Below, piece by piece: positions 19,005 to 26,915 of a stretch of DNA of 64,000 nt (position 1 is its first letter; the number at the start of each line of letters is the position of its first letter). A program made the translations under genes and the position numbers. The DNA is taken from IMG/VR virus record IMGVR_UViG_3300032007_000010. The stretch is one strand, 5' to 3'. Below the pieces are notes generated by a model that saw only the letters and a list, made by a program, of their open reading frames with translations, made no database searches and was not told the origin of the DNA. The stretch is from a virus. Taxonomy: Duplodnaviria > Caudoviricetes.

Positions 19005-20189
19005 TTACTCCTCGTTGAGATTCTCCATTGCGGATGTGGACTGGGGCACCATCGGTTCCTCGACGGGAGCTTCCGCGGCCGCCGCACGAAGATCATCGTG
19101 GGTAAGAATGTGACCAGGACCAGCCTCATGGTCAGACGTCGTTTCGGGATTCTTGGCCGATTTCGGGAGCAAGAAATCTCTGAGCTGTTCCGCGTATGCC
19201 TTGGTCGCACTCTTGATCGACAGGAGGTTCGCAACCTGATAGGTGTAGTTGAGCAGGCAGAGCGTCGCCACATAGAAGATATCACAGGTGCCGGCGAGGA
19301 GGGGCTGTATCCGAGAGGCAATATCCTCCGGAGCCACATCCGTTTCCTGGCTCATGAGATCATTCAGAAGATCGTAGCACCCAATCTTCACCTGGCGCAG
19401 GCGCTTGGAGATGCCGGTGATGGCCTCGGCACTGGGATAGGTATCAGGGTTGCACTGATCGAAGCGACGACCGGCACGCCGCACCACCTCACGATCATCG
19501 ATGTAGCTACCATCGACGTTGAGCGTGCGGGAGAACCGCTCGTAATCACCGAAGAACGCATCCACGTATTCGGACGTGGTGGACAAACCGGCCTGCTGAT
19601 ACGCATCCATCACGTTGTAGATCGTGGACAGTTCGATAGGATACAGCGGGAGCTTATCCTCGGTTGACACGAAGTACGCACGAATCGCAGACCAAAAATC
19701 ATATTGATCGAGCATGGATGCGTGGGTGTTGACGATGCGATACTTGTCGAGACCATACTCGACCAGCTTCGCATGATTCTTGATGATAAGCCCCATGTAT
19801 GGAAGCAGATCTTCGTAGAGGATGGCCGCATCGTTTTCGGTGAGATACACATAGAATGCGCGCGCCTTGACAAGCATTGTGCGAAGATCCTTGGCGAGAT
19901 TGTCCGCGGTCGAGTCTATGCGCCGCACGAAGGACATGGCCTCGTCGAGGAGCGTGGGATTCATGGGCGACTGCTCAAGACCCTTGGTCATGGCGTAGTA
20001 GGGACGAAGCTTCTCGCGCATGTGTTCGATGTACGAATAGTCAGGCTTTGAGAAGATCTTGTTCAGATCGGTGGTGATCTGATTATTGGTCTCCGGGCTA
20101 TTGGTCAGATGAGCGTTGGTATCATATTCTGCCACCGATTCGCAGAGCATCATTGCTCCACCGGGGCAGAGACTATAGTTGCTAAACAT
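19005..20189 (-). CDS. Putative virion protein (394 aa, start 20189)
   Basis: AAGGAGGT RBS; LCES motif; within structural cluster. Confidence 0.65.
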   Translation of the reverse strand: MFSNYSLCPGGAMMLCESVAEYDTNAHLTNSPETNNQITTDLNKIFSKPDYSYIEHMREKLRPYYAMTKGLEQSPMNPTLLDEAMSFVRRIDSTADNLAKDLRTMLVKARAFYVYLTENDAAILYEDLLPYMGLIIKNHAKLVEYGLDKYRIVNTHASMLDQYDFWSAIRAYFVSTEDKLPLYPIELSTIYNVMDAYQQAGLSTTSEYVDAFFGDYERFSRTLNVDGSYIDDREVVRRAGRRFDQCNPDTYPSAEAITGISKRLRQVKIGCYDLLNDLMSQETDVAPEDIASRIQPLLAGTCDIFYVATLCLLNYTYQVANLLSIKSATKAYAEQLRDFLLPKSAKNPETTSDHEAGPGHILTHDDLRAAAAEAPVEEPMVPQSTSAMENLNEE

Positions 20190-20202
20190 ATTCTCAACCT
20201 CC

Positions 20203-21312
20203 TTAGAGCATGACGCCGGAATCCGCGGATTGGGATGCCTCGTTTCCAGCCTTCTTCTTGATATCTTCATCTTCCTTGCGCTTTGCGGCACGCGCATTTG
20301 CTTCGGCGACATCGTTCTTGACACCGATTTTTCTGGACAGACTTCCGAGGAAGTTCGCCCATTTCAGCTGTCGCGCGATGACCTTATCGCTCACACCGCG
20401 ACGCTTGAGCGCCTCGATGTTTGTGCGAACCATGGCCTCCTGCTGTGCAAGGTAGTCGGAGATCTTCGTTCTTCCGTAGTATACCGCATAGATGATATCT
20501 CGGGAGAAATAGATGAGCGCCGCAATCACAATGATGGGTACGGCAATGCTGGAGGCGACACCGGTCACGGCCGTGATGCCTGCCGAAGTTGTGCTGGCGG
20601 CGGCCGCAGCGACGTTGGGTGCAAACACGCCGACGATGGACTTGATCACACCGGTGATGGCAGCGACGGAGATACTTTCGTTCATGGAACCATTCCGTCT
20701 GGCCGCGGTGACCATGGTCATGTACGTCGAAAAGTTCTCCATGGCCTTCGGAGCGGCGAGCACATTTTTGATGTGCACATGCTTGAAGGTATTGGGGATC
20801 TCATCGAAGAGAACCTCACAGTCTGCGGTCTGTTCGGTGGTGACAAAGCGGATCGTGTTTGCCACAAGGATACCGATCGCGGAGATCATCGAAGTCACGA
20901 GACTCGTGTAGACGATCTGCACCATACCATCGCCGGAACGATAGAGTTCGGAGATGGAACGCTTCATCGCGATGAGCTTTTCGGACACGAGGCCGATCGC
21001 GTCGATGACCTCGAGGTACTTGAGTGCTCCCTGATCCGGCGTGGACTTGTAGATATTGCGGAGTGTTTCGGTGTTCTCCATGATCATGGTTGCATAGCGG
21101 AACTTACTGAAGTCGCCCGCAGACTTCTCGATCTCACGGAAATCGATGGCGTTGTACTTGTCTGTGATGAACTTCATCATATCGCCGAGCACATTGTCGG
21201 CCACGCGGATCTGGTTGGCCTCGTCGAGGCAGAGGAAACTGCTGCGCTGTGCGATATCGAACTCGATGCCTGCTTCTCTGAGCGCTCTCAGGTATACATT
21301 ATCGTGTGCCAT
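20203..21312 (-). CDS. Putative virion protein with C-terminal hydrophobic hairpin
   Basis: AGGAGGAG RBS; LDEA, MNES followed by ~50 hydrophobic/small residues. Confidence 0.7.
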   Translation of the reverse strand: MAHDNVYLRALREAGIEFDIAQRSSFLCLDEANQIRVADNVLGDMMKFITDKYNAIDFREIEKSAGDFSKFRYATMIMENTETLRNIYKSTPDQGALKYLEVIDAIGLVSEKLIAMKRSISELYRSGDGMVQIVYTSLVTSMISAIGILVANTIRFVTTEQTADCEVLFDEIPNTFKHVHIKNVLAAPKAMENFSTYMTMVTAARRNGSMNESISVAAITGVIKSIVGVFAPNVAAAAASTTSAGITAVTGVASSIAVPIIVIAALIYFSRDIIYAVYYGRTKISDYLAQQEAMVRTNIEALKRRGVSDKVIARQLKWANFLGSLSRKIGVKNDVAEANARAAKRKEDEDIKKKAGNEASQSADSGVML

Positions 21313-21330
21313 GTTACAGCTCCTCCTTTC

Positions 21331-23427
21331 TCATCGAGATGCGGCGATGGCGCGATAGAGATCACGCATCTGCCTGTCGGACTCCCGAGTTTCGCGCTCG
21401 AGCATGGCATAGGTATATTGCTGCACACCCGTGGGAACACCGTCGAATGCGACATAGACCACCTCGTTGCTCTGGTCGATGACCACGAAACCAAGCAGGA
21501 AGTCGTGCTCCATGATATAGGAGACCGTATCCCCGCTGAGGATATCGATGCCGTAGTGATCCTTGAGGTAGTTGGCCTCGGAGAGGGTCATCACGAGAGT
21601 TCCATTTGGTGTGTAGTTCTTGAGCAGGAAGATGTTGGAAATTTTGCTCCAGCGACGACGCTGACGGAAGGCAGACTTCCACTTTCCGGTGTCAGATCTG
21701 GCCGCCGCATCGCTCTTGAGTTCCTTGATCCCGAAGAGCAGGTCCGCGAGAGAACGCTCCTCGCCGGTGATGAACTTGATGAACTTGAGCAACGGGCGAC
21801 GATTGATGACACACTGATAGATGTCGTCGACGAGTTCGTTGGCCGGAGCCAGGTGCGTGTATGCTTTGACACCGATGATGATGCCGCGCTTGATCACGTC
21901 GCCGGTCTCCTTGAACTTGAACTGAATCTCAGCCTGCAAAAATAGCGGCATGACCTCGTTGGCCTTCTGCACATCCTGCTGGGTGAATGGACCATTGCGG
22001 AAGGGGTTGCTGTCGCGTCCTTGATCGCGACTACGCCTGAGCTCATCCTCGGCGGCCTGACGCTTTTCGCGCTCATCGTTGGCCTTCTGTTCGGCTTCGC
22101 GGCGTTTCTCACGTTCCTCGTTGGCACGCTCCTTCTCTTCCTTGGCCTTTTCACGAGCGGTTCTGGCCTGATCCTGCGAGCGTTTCGCCTGCTGTTCGGC
22201 ACGCTCCGCATCACGACGAGCGCGGTCAGCAGACTGTCTAGCGCGACGAGCCTTTTCCTCCTCGGAGATAGCCTCGGTGAGATAGAAGACTTCGGTGTCG
22301 GGGGCGGAGAGAAGTTTGTCAATGGTTTCGAGGCAGAAATCCATCGCGTCAAAATCCATCTGCAGAAGACCTTCACCCTCGCTGGACTCACTGATTCCCT
22401 TGCGGGAACGGAGTTCCTCACGACGCTTGTCGACGAGCTGAAGTCTCTTGTTGATGATCTTGATGTAGCCACCATACTGGTGCATGAACGCCTTGGGATT
22501 GGAGATATCCATTCCATTAAATTGGATGTGGAGAGTCTGCTTGGTCCCGTTCTCGGCGTTCTCCTTGACCTTGCGCTTGTAGCGAGTCAGGTACTTGGCA
22601 TACTTGTTCTTGAGTCCGTTGAGTTTGTTCTCATACTTCTGAAGTCTGACGAGCGAATTGCAGGACAGGATCCTGTTGGAGGGCACCGACTCGAGGCTGA
22701 ACTTGATCTTGTCGATGGCTCCCTTCACATTGCCAGACTCGTCCATGGGCGCAAGCTCCTCGTCCGAAACATCGGAGAGATCCTCGGTGGTGTCAAACAT
22801 GTTGGCCGTAGCCTCTCCGAGGAAGCCCCACTCATCGAGCTCCTCACGTGTTTTGATAAACTGTTCCTGGATGACTCGAATCTTGGGGTCGATGGGGCTC
22901 TCGTTGAACATCTCGTAGAGAGGTACGGTCTCCTCGACCAGCTTGATGAAGTTCTGGTTAGTTTTAAGAGACTGCTCCCAGCACTCCTTCAAGAATTGCC
23001 TAGTTTCCTCGATATCGGTTTCGGTGACCGGTGCCGCAGATTCGCTGATGCCTGCTGCGCTCTGGAACTGCCTCACCGCCCAGTTGCCGATGGCCTTGCC
23101 AATGTCACTGCCGGCGGTCCCCATGTTCTGGTGCAGTTGCTGCAGAAAACGACTCACGGCGTCGATGTCACCGGCCTTGATTTCAAAGGGCGGCAGCAGG
23201 TTGATGCATGCGACAACGAAGGAGGCATACTGCCTCTCGAGCATCTTCATGATCATGCCCTGCTCTTCCGGCGTCACCTGATTGCTCACGATGGTCGGAA
23301 AATAGAAGATCGAGTTGGAGCTGTAGCTCGAAATCGACCGAATTCTCGGATTCGACGCGAACTTTTCGGCGAGCTTCGGATCGCCGTGATTCAGCTGCTT
23401 CACGAAGCTGCTGAGTTCACTAAACAT
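21331..23427 (-). CDS. Putative virion structural protein (698 aa, start 23427) with E/R/K-rich helical insert
   Basis: AAGGAG RBS; ISES, FNES, LGEA, LTEA motifs; late-like promoter. Confidence 0.7.
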   Translation of the reverse strand: MFSELSSFVKQLNHGDPKLAEKFASNPRIRSISSYSSNSIFYFPTIVSNQVTPEEQGMIMKMLERQYASFVVACINLLPPFEIKAGDIDAVSRFLQQLHQNMGTAGSDIGKAIGNWAVRQFQSAAGISESAAPVTETDIEETRQFLKECWEQSLKTNQNFIKLVEETVPLYEMFNESPIDPKIRVIQEQFIKTREELDEWGFLGEATANMFDTTEDLSDVSDEELAPMDESGNVKGAIDKIKFSLESVPSNRILSCNSLVRLQKYENKLNGLKNKYAKYLTRYKRKVKENAENGTKQTLHIQFNGMDISNPKAFMHQYGGYIKIINKRLQLVDKRREELRSRKGISESSEGEGLLQMDFDAMDFCLETIDKLLSAPDTEVFYLTEAISEEEKARRARQSADRARRDAERAEQQAKRSQDQARTAREKAKEEKERANEEREKRREAEQKANDEREKRQAAEDELRRSRDQGRDSNPFRNGPFTQQDVQKANEVMPLFLQAEIQFKFKETGDVIKRGIIIGVKAYTHLAPANELVDDIYQCVINRRPLLKFIKFITGEERSLADLLFGIKELKSDAAARSDTGKWKSAFRQRRRWSKISNIFLLKNYTPNGTLVMTLSEANYLKDHYGIDILSGDTVSYIMEHDFLLGFVVIDQSNEVVYVAFDGVPTGVQQYTYAMLERETRESDRQMRDLYRAIAASR

Positions 23428-23473
23428 GATGCATCGCACTCCTTTCTTGAGATTATTTGTGACCATGTCACAT

Positions 23474-23485
23474 TATATAAGTGTT
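23474..23485 (-). promoter_or_regulatory. Class II promoter AACA-CTTA-TATA
   Basis: Exact motif at head of structural operon. Confidence 0.7.
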
Positions 23486-23507
23486 GAATTTTTAGGGCTC
23501 TGCGTAG

Positions 23508-23540
23508 AAAAAGAAACCGAGGCGCGATGGCCTCGGTTTC
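23508..23540 (-). terminator. Intrinsic terminator
   Basis: GAAACCGAGGC/GCCTCGGTTTC stem with U tract on the minus strand. Confidence 0.8.
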
Positions 23541-23549
23541 CGTTATGTA

Positions 23550-23906
23550 TTACTTCTTCGCGGGACGCCTGCCCCAGCGATCGCGCTTCTCCTTCTTGTT
23601 CGTCTTTCCATAGTGGAAATCAAACTGAAGGAAGCCCTCCTCAACATCTAAGGTCGTATCCACTGACTGGAGCACGAGACCCTCGCTGCGGCGATGCTTC
23701 TTCATCGCACGATGCCGATCGCCGGTGAGGTATGTGGCCACACCGGTCGGAGCAACATTGGCGAAGACATCGCAGTTGTTTTCGGGCGCATTGAGCATCG
23801 GATGGATGGATGCGTCGAACACATCCACAATCTGATGCGCAACAATGGAATGCGCGATATCGTTGATGGGAGAATTGTTGATACTAGCCTGGATCATTTC
23901 CTTCAT
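23550..23906 (-). CDS. Hypothetical protein
   Basis: GGAGGT RBS, own class I promoter and terminator. Confidence 0.75.
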   Translation of the reverse strand: MKEMIQASINNSPINDIAHSIVAHQIVDVFDASIHPMLNAPENNCDVFANVAPTGVATYLTGDRHRAMKKHRRSEGLVLQSVDTTLDVEEGFLQFDFHYGKTNKKEKRDRWGRRPAKK

Positions 23907-23996
23907 GTTAATATACCTCCAATTATTTACTGCCTACTGTTATCGTCTTCTTTGGTGAATAGGTCAGAAACAACTGGATCTCTTTCTCCATCACGT

Positions 23997-24008
23997 ATAT
24001 GATATATA
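23997..24008 (-). promoter_or_regulatory. Class I promoter TATATATCATAT
   Basis: Followed by N3-TGA. Confidence 0.65.
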
Positions 24009-24016
24009 TTCGAAAC

Positions 24017-24676
24017 TCAGTTGTTCGAAAAATCGATGTACGACCTGGAAGCCGCGATATCGGTGGAACCCTGGTATTTTCCGGTATACTTTTTCTCGAT
24101 CGGCCCACATGGAGTGATGAAATACACCTGTGCCATCTCGGCATATGGATAGATGCGTGTCGGGAGACTGACATCCATCTGTAAGGTAAAACACCCTTCG
24201 TAGCCGATGTCGCCGAAACCAGCCTCGCGATGAACCTCGATGCCCATGCGACCCATCGAGGATCTTCCGGTGATGATCGGCACATAGCTACCGCATTCGA
24301 TTCTCTCCTCGGTGGATATCAGATATAGTTGATGGGGCTGAAGAACCATGCCATCGGCCGGAATATCATGCACCTCGAGCTCGATGGGTTTCTTGATATC
24401 GAGCTCCCAGATTGGCCGTTCACGCTTCATCATGATAGCATTCACGACCCCGTATTTATCGGGTTCCGGAGATCCCCAGTACTCAACATATCCTGTCGGA
24501 GCAATCGTAGCAACCTTGGATCCGATGCGCAGGTTGTAGCTGTTTGGGTTCAGCTGCTTCTCGTTGAAATCGGAAATAGCAATGTGTCCATTTGCAACCT
24601 CGGAACGAATCATTGCTCCGGTGAGGATTCCTCCGAGCATCTCCGGCACCTCTACGATGGTTTTGTTGGTATTCAT
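24017..24676 (-). CDS. dcd: dCTP deaminase
   Basis: QLNPNSYNLRIG, GRSSMGRMG, AGFGDIGYEG, KYTGKYQG. Confidence 0.9.
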   Translation of the reverse strand: MNTNKTIVEVPEMLGGILTGAMIRSEVANGHIAISDFNEKQLNPNSYNLRIGSKVATIAPTGYVEYWGSPEPDKYGVVNAIMMKRERPIWELDIKKPIELEVHDIPADGMVLQPHQLYLISTEERIECGSYVPIITGRSSMGRMGIEVHREAGFGDIGYEGCFTLQMDVSLPTRIYPYAEMAQVYFITPCGPIEKKYTGKYQGSTDIAASRSYIDFSNN

Positions 24677-25584
24677 AGGATACTAATACACCTTTCCGCC
24701 GCATCAATCACATGTTTCATGAGCACAGCCCGAGTCATGAGTCCGATGCCGCCGGGAACCGGCGTGTAGCTCACGTTGTCGGTCAGTTTTAGCTCCGCCG
24801 GGTTGAAGTCTCCGATCATGCGGCCGTTCTTGTCAAAGGAGATGCCGACATCGACGATGATCTGCTGGTCGGAAGGATCTCTATCCGGATCAACGAGCAT
24901 GCTTGCGTCAAAGCGATGACCCTGTCCGGTGCAGAGACAGACGATGTCGTACTCGGAGAGACCGAGACACATCCTGGTCTTGTCAGACTTCGAGTGGTAT
25001 ACCGTCACCGTAGCATCTTCGTTGGTTAGCATCTGTGCGAGCGGTTGACCAACCAGATTAGACCGACCCACCACCGCAACATTCTTGCCCGCCATGGGAA
25101 CTCGGTAGTAACAGAGCATCTCAATGACGCCCTCGGGGGTGCAGGGCCAGAATGCGCCGTTCACGTCGACCGTTCTGACACCGATCGAACCGGCGGTGAG
25201 TCCGTCCACATCTTTCTCGATTGGTATCACATTGATGAGACGATTCTCGATGTCCTTGGATTCGAAGGGGAGCTGCAGAATGATCCCATGGCATCTTTTA
25301 TCCAGGGCGCACTGTTCGATGGTAAGTTGGATCTTATCAACGTCGCAGCTTGCGAGATCGTATGCTTCCATCTCAGCAAAGTGATGGACAACACATTGGA
25401 TACCAACACTGTCCGCGTCCTTCTGTTTGTTGCGCACATAGCGCTCGCTGGCCGGATCTGCTCCAACACGGATCACATCCAGCCTGGGGATGATATTGGT
25501 TCGTTCCTTGAGCTGCTCAACCCTGCGTCTGTTCATGGTTAGCATCTCGTTGGCGGGTTCCTTCCCTGTGAGATATCTTATCAT
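24673..25584 (-). CDS. folD: Bifunctional methylene-THF dehydrogenase/cyclohydrolase
   Basis: VGADPASERYVRNK, GIILQLP, KDVDGL, PCTPEG, VVGRSNLVG, TPVPGGIG. Confidence 0.95.
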   Translation of the reverse strand: MIRYLTGKEPANEMLTMNRRRVEQLKERTNIIPRLDVIRVGADPASERYVRNKQKDADSVGIQCVVHHFAEMEAYDLASCDVDKIQLTIEQCALDKRCHGIILQLPFESKDIENRLINVIPIEKDVDGLTAGSIGVRTVDVNGAFWPCTPEGVIEMLCYYRVPMAGKNVAVVGRSNLVGQPLAQMLTNEDATVTVYHSKSDKTRMCLGLSEYDIVCLCTGQGHRFDASMLVDPDRDPSDQQIIVDVGISFDKNGRMIGDFNPAELKLTDNVSYTPVPGGIGLMTRAVLMKHVIDAAERCISIL

Positions 25585-25612
25585 GGACAAAGCCCTCCTC
25601 GGTATAATTTGT

Positions 25613-25624
25613 TATAGCCATGTA
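25613..25624 (-). promoter_or_regulatory. Class II promoter variant TACA-TGGC-TATA for folD-dcd
   Basis: Motif variant directly upstream of GAGGAGG RBS. Confidence 0.5.
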
Positions 25625-25668
25625 TTTTGAAGTGTATAATTATAATGATGGTAGCCATGAATGGGCGA

Positions 25669-25680
25669 AACATCCATATA
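25669..25680 (+). promoter_or_regulatory. Class II promoter AACA-TCCA-TATA
   Basis: Exact motif upstream of baseplate operon. Confidence 0.7.
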
Positions 25681-25731
25681 ATGAATCTAGACAGTCTTTA
25701 TTCTGCGTCTAAAAAGGCAGGTGAGAAAGAA

Positions 25732-26904
25732 TTGGCAGAGGACTACTATCCCGTAACCTACGATGATTTGAGAAAACAGAGCAAGACAGACCGGGCCAAG
25801 GTTTTGCAGTCACAGGATGACTACATCAAAGAGGACCACTGGACCGATGCGGTGAAAAGACGCGAACCGCTCGGCATTTCCTATTCCGACGCAAACGATC
25901 TGATCGACTACTTCGACATCAGCAAGATTCCGAATCCCAACAATGCGGCAGAACCGTATCTGGCAACGATTCTCATGTCAAGACCATCGCTGCATCTCGG
26001 ATCGACCAAGTGGGTGAAATATGGTGGCGCGGTGAACGGCGCCGGCGACATCGCAGAACAGAGTCGTATAAACTATGATGCGTTGATACGCAACCCGCAG
26101 CTCGCGGTATGGTCGCATGATCCATACGGAAACCGAATGCTGTGTAATCTGTCACGCTACTCCACGAACAACTGGCTGCCGATAGTGACCACGTCAGCCA
26201 TGACATATAACGTGAGTGACATCGCGATCAAACAGATCGAAAAGGGTAATACCTACTTCGGACATGTGATCAAGTATGGAAAGCATTCGGAGGATCATAA
26301 GATATCCAACACAATATCGATAGATTTCCGCAATGATCGATATCTTCTCGTGCTGAAGATGTGCTATCTCTGGATGATGTACATCTACAACGTCTCGAAG
26401 AACGGCACCATAGTTCCGGCCAAGGATTATCAGCGCAATGGTATTCTGGACTACGCCGGTTCGATCTACTATCTGGTCACACGTCGAGACAATCGTGAGC
26501 TCGTCTATTGGGAAAAGCTGGTTGGTGTTTTCCCCATCAATCTCCCCATGTCGATGTTTAGCTACTCCAACGACATGATCATCGAGCAGAAGAGCACCAT
26601 TGAGTTCTCCTATGGAATCAAGAACGATCCTTGTGATCCTTCGATTCTCATGGATATCAACTCTCTGTCGGGGGATTCGCTCAGCGTGATCGAAACAAAA
26701 ACCACAAGAGGCTGGAATGATCTCGCGAAGGAACGGAGCAAGCGCGTGCTCACCAACGAGGTGATCGCCACCGGCATGCGCTCGAACCCATATGCGAAGA
26801 GCAACGTCTATGCGACGAATCCGTATGTGGTGATGCGCAATGATGGTTCCAGCATTCGCTATTATCTCGTCTGGGAAGATCGAGATCATAAAACAAGAAA
26901 CTGA
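25732..26904 (+). CDS. Virion structural protein, tail tube/baseplate-like (TTG start 25732)
   Basis: AGGTGAG RBS; YWEKLVGVFPINLP…IEFSY resembles tube-fold C-terminus. Confidence 0.6.
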   Translation: MAEDYYPVTYDDLRKQSKTDRAKVLQSQDDYIKEDHWTDAVKRREPLGISYSDANDLIDYFDISKIPNPNNAAEPYLATILMSRPSLHLGSTKWVKYGGAVNGAGDIAEQSRINYDALIRNPQLAVWSHDPYGNRMLCNLSRYSTNNWLPIVTTSAMTYNVSDIAIKQIEKGNTYFGHVIKYGKHSEDHKISNTISIDFRNDRYLLVLKMCYLWMMYIYNVSKNGTIVPAKDYQRNGILDYAGSIYYLVTRRDNRELVYWEKLVGVFPINLPMSMFSYSNDMIIEQKSTIEFSYGIKNDPCDPSILMDINSLSGDSLSVIETKTTRGWNDLAKERSKRVLTNEVIATGMRSNPYAKSNVYATNPYVVMRNDGSSIRYYLVWEDRDHKTRN

Positions 26905-26915
26905 GGTGATATATT

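Noticed and set aside
22020-22270. E/R/K/A-rich quasi-repeat as a DNA repeat element
   Set aside because: Protein-level charged helix; no exact nucleotide periodicity
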